A DNA stretch of 64,000 nt from Verrucomicrobiia bacterium (GCA_963664225.1 OY760937.1:2816001-2880000); one strand, 5' to 3'; positions 27,536-37,998 are shown, counted from the stretch's first letter. Notes: a model not told the origin generated them from the letters alone. Made by a program: numbers and translations.

Positions 27536-29781
27536 GTTTCTTTCTTGGTTGTTGCTACTGGTGGCACTGGCTTTTGATCCGGTGTTTTACGTTGTGCCGA
27601 ATTATTTGGAACGTTTTCTTCCCGTTTTTCAGTACTCTGACCTTTTTTAAGTCTCAGCAATCGCGCGTTGATAGCCACAATCACCGTGCTCGCGGCCATC
27701 AGCACCGCACCCAGCGCGGGAGTGAGCAATACTCCCCACGCATAAAGCACTCCGGCGGCCAGCGGAATGGCGACGACATTGTAGCCCGTGGCCCAGACAA
27801 GATTCTGAATCATCTTCCGATACGTGGCGCGAGAAAGCTGCACGATGGCTACGACATCCAGCGGATTACTCCTTACCAGAATGACGTCAGCGGTTTCCAC
27901 CGCCACATCGGAACCGGCTCCAATCGCGATGCCCACATCAGCCTGAGCCAGCGCCGGGGCGTCGTTCACGCCGTCGCCAGTCATGGCAACCCGCTTGCCC
28001 CGTGACTGGACCTCTTTCACTTTGGCGGCTTTGTCCTGGGGCAGGACTTCGGCGAAGTATTCATCCAGCCCGACCTCGTCCGAAACCCATTTGGCCGTCG
28101 CTTTGTTATCGCCGGTGAGCATCATGCACTGGATGTCCAACGCCTTGAGCGCAGCGATGGCTTGCTTCGCCTCAGGTCGCACAATGTCGGCCAAGGCAAT
28201 CGCTCCTTTCAATTTTCCGTCAACAAGGACAAATACGACCGTCTTGCCTTGGGCTTGCAGTGGCTCGACGCGTTTGTCGGTGAGTACAATGTTTTGTTCG
28301 TGCAGGTAGCCGGGACTAACCACCTTGATGTCTTTGCCCTCGACCCGGCCTCCAGCTCCTTTGCCCGGAATGCCTTTGAAGTTTTCGACGGGCAGCCTCT
28401 TTTCCGAAGCAGCGGCGATGGCCTTGGCAATGGGATGTTCGGAATTCGCGTCCACGGAAGCCGCGTAAGTGCGCAACGTTTCTTCATTGATGTCCTGCGA
28501 AAGCACCAGTGTGTCGGTCACGCCAAAGCGACCTTCGGTCAGTGTGCCGGTCTTGTCGAAAATGATGGCTTGGAGTTTTCGTGCGCCCTCGAAAGCAACG
28601 CGATTCCGAATGAGTAATCCGTTTTTCGCGGCCAGAGCCGTGGAGACCGCCACCACCAACGGCACGGCGAGACCTAAGGCATGTGGGCAGGCGATGACCA
28701 TCACAGTCACGGCGCGTTCGATGGCAAATGCGAAATCCTTGCCCATAAAGGCCAGCCAAACAACGAGGGTGATCACGCCTCCTCCCAGCGCCACAATAGT
28801 GAGCCACAGCGCCGCCGTGTTGGCGAGGTCCTGGGTTTTCGATTTGCTTTCCTGAGCCTGTTTGACGAGGCCGATGACTTGGGACAGAAACGAATCCTTG
28901 CCCGTACCCTTGACCTCGATGGTCAACGAACCTTCCCCGTTGATGGCTCCGCCGATGACTTTTCCGCCAACTTGTTTTGGTGCCGGAGTTGATTCCCCGG
29001 TGAGCATCGCTTCATTGACTGAACTCTCGCCCGCAACAATGACCCCGTCTGCAGGAATCTTCTCGCCGGGCTTGATCAGGACTTTGTCATTGACCGCCAG
29101 TTCGCCGAGTGGCACGTCCTTCATACTGCCGTCGGGCATGAGTTTATGCGCGTCGGAAGGCATGAGTTTAGCCAGTTCCTCCAAAGCGCGCGAAGCGCCC
29201 ATCACTGACTTCATTTCAATCCAATGACCGAGCAACATGATGTCAATGAGGGAGGCCAGCTCCCAAAAGAACATCTTGCCAGTCAAACCGAATACAACGG
29301 CACTGCTGTAAATATATGCCGTCGCGACGGCGACGGAGATGAGAGTCATCATCCCGGGTCGGAGCGATTTGAGTTCCTCGATAAACCCTTTAAGAAAAGG
29401 CCAGCCGCCATACCAAAAGACTGCGGAAGAAAGGCCGAACAACAGGTAGAGATCGCCGGGAAAATGGATGACTTCCCGCAGTCCCACCAGCTTTTGGAGC
29501 ATAGGCGAGAGGCCGAGAATCGGCAGGGTTAGTACCAGTGAGACCCAGAAGCGCTTCCGGAAATCCGCCGCCATTTGGGCATGATGGTCGTGATGGTCGC
29601 GTTGATCCGGATGGTCGGGGCCGCCGTGCGACGTTTTGCCTTCGGCCTGCAACCAGTTCTGCTCGGCATGTCCCTGCGGACGGCCTTCTTTCTCATAGAT
29701 GGCATATGCCTTCTTGGCCAACTCGTCATGCGTCGACTTGGTTTCGGGTTTATCTTTGGTTGCATGGTCGTATTCTTTCAT
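27532..29781 (-). CDS. copB: Copper-exporting P1B-3 ATPase (CopB-type) with N-terminal DUF2934-like and His-rich segment
   Basis: CPH, DKTGT, SEHP, GDGVND, YN, MAAST, N-terminal HHDHH. Confidence 0.93.
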   Translation of the reverse strand: MKEYDHATKDKPETKSTHDELAKKAYAIYEKEGRPQGHAEQNWLQAEGKTSHGGPDHPDQRDHHDHHAQMAADFRKRFWVSLVLTLPILGLSPMLQKLVGLREVIHFPGDLYLLFGLSSAVFWYGGWPFLKGFIEELKSLRPGMMTLISVAVATAYIYSSAVVFGLTGKMFFWELASLIDIMLLGHWIEMKSVMGASRALEELAKLMPSDAHKLMPDGSMKDVPLGELAVNDKVLIKPGEKIPADGVIVAGESSVNEAMLTGESTPAPKQVGGKVIGGAINGEGSLTIEVKGTGKDSFLSQVIGLVKQAQESKSKTQDLANTAALWLTIVALGGGVITLVVWLAFMGKDFAFAIERAVTVMVIACPHALGLAVPLVVAVSTALAAKNGLLIRNRVAFEGARKLQAIIFDKTGTLTEGRFGVTDTLVLSQDINEETLRTYAASVDANSEHPIAKAIAAASEKRLPVENFKGIPGKGAGGRVEGKDIKVVSPGYLHEQNIVLTDKRVEPLQAQGKTVVFVLVDGKLKGAIALADIVRPEAKQAIAALKALDIQCMMLTGDNKATAKWVSDEVGLDEYFAEVLPQDKAAKVKEVQSRGKRVAMTGDGVNDAPALAQADVGIAIGAGSDVAVETADVILVRSNPLDVVAIVQLSRATYRKMIQNLVWATGYNVVAIPLAAGVLYAWGVLLTPALGAVLMAASTVIVAINARLLRLKKGQSTEKREENVPNNSAQRKTPDQKPVPPVATTKKET

Positions 29782-29800
29782 AGGAAATCTCCGCTTGTTT

Positions 29801-32800
29801 TTAGGGAATCACACTTGTCGTAAAACTCGCCGCGTTTTTCCCTCGCTGGTTTTCGTAACCGATGCTGGCGTGCCATTCGCCCTGGCCGGTGGGCCGAATG
29901 GTGCCATTGAAGACTCCGGGGCTTTGGTCCTTCTCCAATTGTGCGGTGGCTTGCATCTGCATTCCGGGCATGTCCATGCGCAACTCGAACCAGACCGAGC
30001 CGGCATCCACCGGCTTACCGGTGGCGTCGGTGACTTCGATGCGAATCGCGTTGTCGCCCATGCGAAGGAGCGTGCCTTCGCCAAGGACTTTGATCTTATA
30101 GGGGCCGACGATCTGGGTGGTTACCACGACAGTGGGTTTGGACGGACCACTCAAGCTGTGCCACAACCACCATCCGCCGCCACCCAGCACCAGTGCTCCC
30201 ATGACCATTGAGGCGATCAACAGCTTGCGCACGGGTTTCGCCGCCGTGGGCGATGCTTCGACGCGTCGGCTCCGCCAGAGGAAATAGATCACCGGGATAA
30301 TGATCAGGGTCAGGATCGTGGAACTTACCATTCCACCGATCATGGGGGCGGCGATGCGCTTCATGGCGAGCGAACCAGCACCGTGACTCCACATGATCGG
30401 CAACAGGCCCGCGATGATCGCGCACACGGTCATCATTTTCGGACGGACGCGTTGGACGGCGCCTTCCATGACGGCGTGGTAAAGGCCATCGAGTGTGGGT
30501 TTGGCCGTATTTTGTTTGAGATGCTCCCATGCCTCGTCGAGATAAACGATCATCACCACACCGGTTTCGGCTGCTACCCCGGCCAGGGCGATGAAACCGA
30601 CGGCCACTGCCACACTGAAATTGTAGCCGAGCGCCCACACCAGCCAGATGCCGCCGACCAGAGCGAACGGGATACTCAAGAGCACGATCAGGGCTTCGAT
30701 GACGTTTTTGAAATTCAGATACAGCAAAACGAAGATGATGAGCAGCGTCAGCGGTATGACGAGCGTCAGCGTTTCGCGCGCCTTGAGCATGTATTGGTAT
30801 TGCCCACCCCAGGAGAGGAAGTAGCCGGGCGGCAGCTTTACGTTGTCGGCAACCAATTTCCTGGCGCGGTTCACATAGGTGCCGAGGTCAACCCCCTTGG
30901 TGTCCACGAAAACGAAACCGCCCAACATGCCGTTCTCATCGCGGATGGCGGGTGGGCCGGTGCGCAAGCGGATGTCCGCCAATTGTTCCATCGGCACCTG
31001 CGCTCCCGTCGGAGTCGGCACGAGCACGCGTCGCAAGGCCGGCAAATCTTCACGCAGATCGCGGGCGTAACGAACGTTGATCGGATAACGTTCGCGGCCT
31101 TCGACGGTCCAGGAAATGGTCTTCCCGCCAATGGCTGACTCGATGATGGTTTCCACATCGCCGACGGTCAGTCCGTAGCGCGCGATCGCGTCGCGGTTGA
31201 TGTTGAAGTCCACGTAGTAGCCGCCGGTGACGCGTTCGGCGAAGGCCGTGGCGGTGTTGGGGTCTTTCTTCAAGACGCCTTCGATCTGTTCCGCCACTTG
31301 CTGAATCACGCCCAGGTCCGGCCCCAGCACTTTGATGCCGATCTGACTGCGAATGCCGGTGGCCATCATCTCGATGCGGGTCTGAATGGGCATCCACCAG
31401 ATGGCCGGAGCGCCTGGCGTCCGCACCAGTTTGTCGAGTTCGTCCTTGATCTTGTCGAAGGTCATCCCGGCACGCCATTGCTCCTCCGGCTTGAAAGTAA
31501 TCACCGTTTCGGTCATGGACAAAGGCGCCGGATCGGTGGCGGACCGCGCGCGGCCAATCTTGCCATAGACATGCTCGACCTCCGGGTAGCTGGCGATCAA
31601 CGCGTCCTGCCGCTGCAACATTGCCTTGGCCTCGGTGATGGAAATGCCCGGGACACTTGTGGGCATGAACAGCAGTGTGCCTTCGTTGAGCGGAGGCATG
31701 AATTCGGAGCCGATTCGCTGCAACGGAATCCAGGTGATGCCCAGAACAGCCAGCGCCAGCAGGAGCGTCAGCCACTTGAAATGCAGCGCGAAGGTGACGA
31801 ACGGCCGGTAAGCCCATGTGAGAAAGCGGCTGATGGGATTCCGGCCTTCGGCAGTGATTTTGCCCCGGATGAACCATACCATCAGGATGGGTACGATGGA
31901 CACGGACAGCAGCGAAGCGAAGAACATGGAGAAGGTTTTCGTGTAGGCCAGCGGTTTGAACAGCCGACCCGACTGCGCCTCCAACGCGAATACCGGCACG
32001 AACGACACGGTGATGATGAGCAGCGAGAAGAACAGCGGCTTGCCGACCTGCTTGGCGGCCGAAACCACCACGTTCATGCGGGTCAGGTCAACGATCTCCC
32101 GTTCGACCGGCGTGAGGGACGCGTCGCCTTCCTTCTCGCGTTTGGCGCGGGCATGGTTCCACCGTTCGAGCCATTTGTGGGCGTTCTCAATCATCACCAC
32201 TGCCGCATCCACCATCGCGCCGATGGCGATGGCGATACCGCCCAGTGACATGATGTTCGAGGAGACGCCGAGCGATACCATGGCGATGAACGAAAGCAGG
32301 ATCGCAATGGGCAGAACGAGAATCGCAACCATCGCGCTGCGCAAGTGGAACAGAAACAGGATGCAGACCAGGCCGACGATGATACTTTCCTCAATCAGCT
32401 TGTTCCTGAGATTCTTGATGGAGCCGAGGATCAACTTCGAGCGATCGTAGCCAGTGACAATTTTCACGCCCGGCGGCAACGAAGGCTTAAAGGCTTCGAG
32501 CTTTGCCTTGACGGCCTGGATGGTCTTGAGCGCGTCTTCGCCGTAGCGCATCACCACGATGCCGCCCACCGCCTCGCCCTTGCCGTCGAGGTCCAGCACG
32601 CCGCGCCGCATGTCCGGGCCGAAGTGGACATTGGCGACCTGTTTGACGCTGATCGGCGTGCCGTTGGTGTCCACGCCGATAACGACCTTCTCGATGTCCT
32701 CCAGCTTTTTGATGTAGCCGATGCCCTTGACCATGTATTCCGTTTCGCCGAATTCGATTACGCGCCCGCCCACGTCGTTGTTCGATTCGCGGATGGCCAT

Positions 32801-33532
32801 CACGAGTTTGGGCAGCGGGATGTGGTAGGCGAGGAGCTTGTTCGGGTCCACGTCCACTTGATACTCGCGAACGAAGCCGCCGATGCTCGCGACCTCCGCA
32901 ACGCCGGGTGTGTTTTGCAGGTAGTAGCGAAGCGTCCAGTCCTGAAGGGTGCGCAAATCGGCGAGACTGTTCTGGCCGGTCTCATCCACCAGCGCGTATT
33001 CATAGACCCAGCCGACGCCCGTGGCGTCCGGCCCCAACGTGGGACGGATGCCCGCCGGCAGGTCGCCCATGACCTGATTGAGATATTCCAGGACGCGTGA
33101 GCGAGCCCAATACATGTCCGTGCCGTCCTCGAAGATGACGTTCACGAACGACAGTCCGAAGAAGGTCTGACCCCGCACATATTTGACGTGTGGTGCGGCG
33201 GCCAGCACGCTGACGATGGGATAAGTGATTTGATCCTCGACCAATTGCGGATCGCGGCCCGGCCATTCGGTGAACACGATCACTTGCACGTCGGATAAAT
33301 CGGGAATGGCATCCAGGCGCACGCGCTTGACGGCGATGACACCGGCGACGATGAGAAACACGACGCCCACCACCACCAGGAATTGATTGTGCGAACACCA
33401 GCCGATGATGCGTTCGACAATCGTTTCCTCGCGAACCGGCCCGGCGGGCTTTGCCGCAGCGGAGTTCCCTGGCTCTGCTTTGCCAGCCGCTGAATCCGGA
33501 TGCTTTGTGCTTTCCGTGTTCATGTTGCTCAA
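29801..33532 (-). CDS. cusA: CusA/SilA-type Cu(I)/Ag(I) RND permease with extra C-terminal TM and YtkA/FixH-like domain
   Basis: LDAIPDLSDVQVI, TM4 GGIAIAIGAMVDAA, RVRPKMMT. C-terminal extension contains MDMPGMQM. Confidence 0.95.
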   Translation of the reverse strand: MSNMNTESTKHPDSAAGKAEPGNSAAAKPAGPVREETIVERIIGWCSHNQFLVVVGVVFLIVAGVIAVKRVRLDAIPDLSDVQVIVFTEWPGRDPQLVEDQITYPIVSVLAAAPHVKYVRGQTFFGLSFVNVIFEDGTDMYWARSRVLEYLNQVMGDLPAGIRPTLGPDATGVGWVYEYALVDETGQNSLADLRTLQDWTLRYYLQNTPGVAEVASIGGFVREYQVDVDPNKLLAYHIPLPKLVMAIRESNNDVGGRVIEFGETEYMVKGIGYIKKLEDIEKVVIGVDTNGTPISVKQVANVHFGPDMRRGVLDLDGKGEAVGGIVVMRYGEDALKTIQAVKAKLEAFKPSLPPGVKIVTGYDRSKLILGSIKNLRNKLIEESIIVGLVCILFLFHLRSAMVAILVLPIAILLSFIAMVSLGVSSNIMSLGGIAIAIGAMVDAAVVMIENAHKWLERWNHARAKREKEGDASLTPVEREIVDLTRMNVVVSAAKQVGKPLFFSLLIITVSFVPVFALEAQSGRLFKPLAYTKTFSMFFASLLSVSIVPILMVWFIRGKITAEGRNPISRFLTWAYRPFVTFALHFKWLTLLLALAVLGITWIPLQRIGSEFMPPLNEGTLLFMPTSVPGISITEAKAMLQRQDALIASYPEVEHVYGKIGRARSATDPAPLSMTETVITFKPEEQWRAGMTFDKIKDELDKLVRTPGAPAIWWMPIQTRIEMMATGIRSQIGIKVLGPDLGVIQQVAEQIEGVLKKDPNTATAFAERVTGGYYVDFNINRDAIARYGLTVGDVETIIESAIGGKTISWTVEGRERYPINVRYARDLREDLPALRRVLVPTPTGAQVPMEQLADIRLRTGPPAIRDENGMLGGFVFVDTKGVDLGTYVNRARKLVADNVKLPPGYFLSWGGQYQYMLKARETLTLVIPLTLLIIFVLLYLNFKNVIEALIVLLSIPFALVGGIWLVWALGYNFSVAVAVGFIALAGVAAETGVVMIVYLDEAWEHLKQNTAKPTLDGLYHAVMEGAVQRVRPKMMTVCAIIAGLLPIMWSHGAGSLAMKRIAAPMIGGMVSSTILTLIIIPVIYFLWRSRRVEASPTAAKPVRKLLIASMVMGALVLGGGGWWLWHSLSGPSKPTVVVTTQIVGPYKIKVLGEGTLLRMGDNAIRIEVTDATGKPVDAGSVWFELRMDMPGMQMQATAQLEKDQSPGVFNGTIRPTGQGEWHASIGYENQRGKNAASFTTSVIP

Positions 33533-34902
33533 TGCTGATGGCCTCCACCCGAACCAGCGGCGCGAAGCTGGCTCTCGCTATCCAGCAGAAAGTTGCCGTC
33601 CACCACGACCTTTTCGCCCTCCGCCAAACCTTCATTCACGATGAACTGATCACCAACATTCGCTCCGAGCTGAACACGCTTCGGGATAAAGTGGCCCTCC
33701 GTCGCCTCAACAAAAACATACTGCCGTGTGCCGGTGTCGAATACAGCCGTCGCCGGCGCTAACAGGTGCTCGCCTTGATCCACCTTGATTTCCGCGGTGA
33801 CATACGTGTCGGGTTTGAAAAGTCCATCGCGATTGTCCATCACCAGCCGGGCGGTGGTGGTGCGGGTCTTGTTTTCTGAAAACGGAAAGATGAAATCCAC
33901 CTTGGCCTCGAAGACGCGGCCCGGATTTGCGCTCCCTGTCACGGCTGCCTTCTGTCCGACTTTCACCAGGGGCAGTTCATATTCGTAGATGTCGGCGTTG
34001 ATCCAAACGGTGGTGAGGTCCGCAACGCGGTAGAGCGTCATGCCGGGGCGGACCATCTGAGCCGGATCAATGTTCTTTTGAATCACGTAACCGCTGACGG
34101 GTGCGCGGAGTTGAAGCGTGTCCATCGGTTTGCCGGAAGTTTCCAGCGCGCGGATTTGGTCGTCCGTGATTTCCCAAAGCTTGAGCCGCTTGCGCGAGGA
34201 TTCCAGCAGCGTCTCCGCCTCGGTCATGGCTTCCGCGCTGATTGCGCTGTTGGTGGCGGCTTCGCCGGACGGCAGGATGTGCTTCAGTCGGGCGCAGTGG
34301 CGGTAAGAGAGCAGGTATTCGTATTGCGCGGAGTAAAGTTCCGGACTGTAGATGTCCAACAACGGCCCGCCCTGCTCGACGAATTGGCCCGGCGTGTTCA
34401 CGTAAAGCTTCTCCGCCCAGCCCATGATGCGGGCGTTGACGTTGGCGAGCTTGGTCTCGTCGTAGGTCACGATGCCGACGGCGCGAATCGTCACCGCAGC
34501 GTTTCCGTTCGTAACCGCCCGGGTGCGGATGTTGATGAACTGCCGTTGCCCCTGATCCAGATCCACCGGGCCGCGACCGGGAACGACTTCGTTGGTGGAC
34601 GCTGTGTGGCCGGTGTGTTTTCCGCCGGGCATCGGCATGTCGCCCATGTTCGTCGCACCGGTGGCCGGCGCGTTGGTGGTCGCGGGCATCGGCATCTTCA
34701 TGCCGGGCATGGACTGGTCCATTTCCGTCGTGCTGCCGTGATTGGTATGCGTTGCGGATGGCTGCATGTTCGTGCCGCCGTGGTCCGCATGAGTGGACTC
34801 GCCGGACTTTTTGCCGCAACTGACGGTCACGACTGCCAGGACGGCAACCGCCACAGCGGCGACTACGCCGCTCAAGATTCGATTGGTGCAAAGTCGCTTC
34901 AT
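33529..34902 (-). CDS. cusB: CusB-like RND periplasmic adaptor, Met/His-rich
   Basis: Lipobox-like VTVSC, MDQSMPGMKMPM, GWAEKLYV, YSPEL, GNFLLDSES, C-terminal GHQH. Confidence 0.92.
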   Translation of the reverse strand: MKRLCTNRILSGVVAAVAVAVLAVVTVSCGKKSGESTHADHGGTNMQPSATHTNHGSTTEMDQSMPGMKMPMPATTNAPATGATNMGDMPMPGGKHTGHTASTNEVVPGRGPVDLDQGQRQFINIRTRAVTNGNAAVTIRAVGIVTYDETKLANVNARIMGWAEKLYVNTPGQFVEQGGPLLDIYSPELYSAQYEYLLSYRHCARLKHILPSGEAATNSAISAEAMTEAETLLESSRKRLKLWEITDDQIRALETSGKPMDTLQLRAPVSGYVIQKNIDPAQMVRPGMTLYRVADLTTVWINADIYEYELPLVKVGQKAAVTGSANPGRVFEAKVDFIFPFSENKTRTTTARLVMDNRDGLFKPDTYVTAEIKVDQGEHLLAPATAVFDTGTRQYVFVEATEGHFIPKRVQLGANVGDQFIVNEGLAEGEKVVVDGNFLLDSESQLRAAGSGGGHQH

Positions 34903-36302
34903 GGTTTCCTTTCGTTTGCCGGTGCGAGCGTTGGAGGTTCACCGCCAGCCAGCTTTTCCACTGTGGCAAGTCCTTGCTCGCGATCGGCCACGGCCCGCTC
35001 GTAGGTCAATTGGAACTCCAGCAAAACGCGCTCGGCGTCTATGAGCGACAGAAAATCGGATTTGCCCGCCTCGAACGAACGCTGAATCACCTTCAGGTTC
35101 TGATCGGCTTTGGGAATCAATGCGTCGCGGTAAAGGGCAATCTTGCGCTCCGCGTCCTGGTATTTGAACAGGGCGAGTCTGAGATCGGTGCTCAGGCGGT
35201 TCGCGCGGTCCTGGCGGTCCTGCTGCGTGGCCGCGTAACGACTCTCCGCCTCGCGCACGCCCGCGCGATATTTTCCCCACCACAGTGGAATGTTTACGGA
35301 AAATCCAGCCATCACCGGGTCTTTGCCGCTGTCGGCGACACCCGACATCCGGGCCGGGCCGGTTTGGACGTAGTCCACTCCCAGCGTTACGTCCGGATAG
35401 AATTCCTTCTTTGCGAGAGCGATTTTCGCTTTTTCCTGCTCAGCCAGGAAATCGAGGCTCTTGAGTTCCGGGTTGGATGACTTCAATTGATCGAGTAGTT
35501 GCGACGACTGGGCGGTTAGCGTCGCCGGGGAATTGTTCGTCGGAAACGGAAGCGCCGATTCAGCGGGCCGGTTCAGCGCGGCATTAAGGCGGGCCACGAG
35601 AGGATGCTTGAAGTCCTGCAACGTGCGCAGCCGGTCGCGCAATTTGTCGAGTTCCACCTGCGCCTTGATCACATCCCCGTGCTCGGCCGTGCCCGACTCA
35701 TACTTCGAGCGCGCCATTTCTTCGAGCAGCTTGAGCAGTTCCACGTTCTCTGCAGTGACGCCGACGGCGCGCCCCACGTAGTAAAGCTCGTAGTAAGCCT
35801 GTTTGACCTCGTCGAAGAGCCTGAGCTTGGCGGCTTCGTATTGCTGCTGCATGACGTTCGCGCCTTCCAACGCGAACTCGCCTCGCAGTTTCAATTTGCC
35901 GAACCATGGGAACATCTGGCTGAGACCCACGCGTTGCTCCTGCGGCCCGACGCGAGTTTCAACTTCCTGGATGAAATAACCGTAGTTGAAGCGCGGGTCC
36001 GGCAGCGTGCGCGCCTGAGTAACCATTGCCAGTGCGGCTTTCCAACGATTGAAGGCCGCCTCCAGTTGCGGGTTGTTGAGCGCGGCGTAGGCTAGGTAAT
36101 CATTCAGTCCCGAAACCTCGTTGAGTTCCGGAAGTTGCTTGCGGGCAGAAGTCGCGCTGCCGACTTGCTCGTGGGAACGAGTGGTTTCTTCGACTTTCAG
36201 GGCCTGAGTGGAACTGCGCTCGGACGTTGAGGCACAGCCCGACAGCACCAGCGCGAGGCCGACAAATACGCGACAGAATACGATTCGTTTTGGCGCCTTC
36301 AT
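34899..36302 (-). CDS. TolC family outer membrane efflux lipoprotein (alternative starts 36308/36371)
   Basis: Lipobox LVLSGC, ALNNPQLEAA, SQMFPWFGK, FLSLIDAER. Confidence 0.9.
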   Translation of the reverse strand: MKAPKRIVFCRVFVGLALVLSGCASTSERSSTQALKVEETTRSHEQVGSATSARKQLPELNEVSGLNDYLAYAALNNPQLEAAFNRWKAALAMVTQARTLPDPRFNYGYFIQEVETRVGPQEQRVGLSQMFPWFGKLKLRGEFALEGANVMQQQYEAAKLRLFDEVKQAYYELYYVGRAVGVTAENVELLKLLEEMARSKYESGTAEHGDVIKAQVELDKLRDRLRTLQDFKHPLVARLNAALNRPAESALPFPTNNSPATLTAQSSQLLDQLKSSNPELKSLDFLAEQEKAKIALAKKEFYPDVTLGVDYVQTGPARMSGVADSGKDPVMAGFSVNIPLWWGKYRAGVREAESRYAATQQDRQDRANRLSTDLRLALFKYQDAERKIALYRDALIPKADQNLKVIQRSFEAGKSDFLSLIDAERVLLEFQLTYERAVADREQGLATVEKLAGGEPPTLAPANERKP

Positions 36303-36367
36303 GGTCATTCCGTCGGAATTTCCGATGAAGATGTTGCGCAAGGCATTCCTCACAATGGAGTTGCTTC

Positions 36368-36631
36368 TCAACGTGTGGCGTCATTGGCCGCACCCGTGGT
36401 CTTGGTATTTGTCGGCATATTCATATTTGGCATATCGTTGGTCACCATCATATTGGTGGTTCCATGCATCATGTCTTGTTCATGGTTCATGCTCGAATTG
36501 GTGGATGGCGTCTCGGTTGAGTTGCCTGGGCTGTTTTGATTGCAGCCCACCAGCGCCAATGCGGCCAGAACGGCGATTGCTGCAAGTCGAATAATTGGTT
36601 TCATAAGCCTATTTGTCGTTTTTACTTTCAT
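36368..36631 (-). CDS. Small Met/His-rich lipoprotein (putative copper-binding)
   Basis: Lipobox ALVGC, SMNHEQDMMHGTTNMMVTNDMPNMNM. Confidence 0.65.
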   Translation of the reverse strand: MKVKTTNRLMKPIIRLAAIAVLAALALVGCNQNSPGNSTETPSTNSSMNHEQDMMHGTTNMMVTNDMPNMNMPTNTKTTGAANDATR

Positions 36632-36749
36632 GGCTGTTGCCGCCTGCCTGATGGCAAAGGCGTTCCGGCAGCCAATTAGCTCAATCAGGCTATGGCGTAA
36701 TCTGTTCCTTCGCTATGGGGTTTTCTCCCCATGCGAGATTTCATTCCAA

Positions 36750-37136
36750 TTAGCCTGCAGCCGCTTCCGTTATGATTTTAGCAATGGTTTCCTCCACTTC
36801 CTGCGCCACATCCTTCAATTGCGGCGTATTGAATAATGCCAGCAGAGTGGTTGGCTTCAATGTCGCCAGAGTGGTTTTACCATCCTCCTCGTAAATGGAA
36901 ATCCGGCAAGGCAACGCGGTGGAGACGCTCATGTTTTGGTCGAGCACCTTCTTGGCCTGTTGCGGCTGACACACCTCGAAGATCAGACATTCGCGGGCGA
37001 ACTCCACCCCCTTCTTGTTCATGGTTTCTTTGAGATTGTGAATTTGCATGACGCCAAAGTGATTGGCCTGAACGGCGGCCTGCAACGCAGCAGCCGTCTC
37101 GCTTACAGTTTTGTCCGTGGATAATCTGATCAACAT
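36750..37136 (-). CDS. DUF302 domain protein
   Basis: FGVMQIHNLKETM, IFEVCQP, ALPCRISIYE. Confidence 0.9.
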   Translation of the reverse strand: MLIRLSTDKTVSETAAALQAAVQANHFGVMQIHNLKETMNKKGVEFARECLIFEVCQPQQAKKVLDQNMSVSTALPCRISIYEEDGKTTLATLKPTTLLALFNTPQLKDVAQEVEETIAKIITEAAAG

Positions 37137-37157
37137 AAATATTTTTTGGTTAAGAGT

Positions 37158-37724
37158 TTAATTTGCGGGCGGGGGATTGGTTTCCGCGGTATGATGATGC
37201 GCTTCTTCGCCAGTCACAGCTTGCAGAGAATCCCGTTCCTGCGCGGTCAGCTCAGGCAGATGATGAATGAAGGCGACAATTTTCCAGATTTCTTCGTCGG
37301 TGTGCGTGGGACCGAAGGCAGGCATGGCAGTCATCCGGATGCCATGTTTGACGACCCAGAAGAGTTCTCCGTCCGGCGTGTCGTCCCCTCCCTTGCCCAG
37401 CGATGGCGCGGGCGGATTGATCCCCTTGGATAACTCGGCCCCGGCCACGTCAGGAGCCCCATGGCAGATGACGCAATTCTCGCGATAATGGTCGAGGCCC
37501 GTGGCGATGGCCGCCGGATCGCCGACATAAGGATTCTTCTCCTTCGGAGCGCGATTTTCAACCGATCGGTCCCGCGCCCACGGCGCGATTGTTCGTTCGA
37601 TGAGGCCGGGTTTTACGTCCGCTCCCATGTTGATCGCACCCATGGCCAGGACGAGGATCGGCACGAGGAGTGTGACCAGAATGCCAACCACAAAACTCAA
37701 CAGGATGATCCATTTCTTCTTCAT
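37158..37724 (-). CDS. c-type cytochrome (single CXXCH), membrane anchored
   Basis: CVICHGAP, GELFWVVKHGIRMTAMPAF. Confidence 0.9.
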   Translation of the reverse strand: MKKKWIILLSFVVGILVTLLVPILVLAMGAINMGADVKPGLIERTIAPWARDRSVENRAPKEKNPYVGDPAAIATGLDHYRENCVICHGAPDVAGAELSKGINPPAPSLGKGGDDTPDGELFWVVKHGIRMTAMPAFGPTHTDEEIWKIVAFIHHLPELTAQERDSLQAVTGEEAHHHTAETNPPPAN

Positions 37725-37750
37725 TTCGCTCCTTTCCCATTAGCGTTTCA

Positions 37751-37819
37751 TTGAAAGGCGACCTTGGAGGTAATAGCCGTTTAGCTCACAGTTTTGTCTA
37801 TGTATAATTTGCCCAGAAT
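37751..37819 (-). pseudogene. Degenerate duplicate of the DUF302 gene 5' end
   Basis: Translates to ILGKLYIDKTVS*TAITSKVAFQ, versus MLIRLSTDKTVSETAAALQAAVQ. Confidence 0.5.
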
Positions 37820-37873
37820 TGGTTTCCTTTCATGTTAAAAAGGTCGCTTCACGGGCGCGTCGCAAACGAAAGA

Positions 37874-37998
37874 TTACTTCTTGGCCATCTTGCCAATCAC
37901 AACGACCAGCAGGACAACCACCGCTATGCCAATCACCGCCATAATCGTTATTCCTCCGCCCCCCATCCACCCATCCATCCGTCTGTATTGTTCATCAT
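37874..37998 (-). CDS. Very small membrane peptide (GWMGG-rich plus TM), possibly frameshifted
   Basis: MMNNTDGWMGG in one frame; MDGWMGGGGITIMAVIGIAVVVLLVVVIGKMAKK in the next. Confidence 0.4.
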
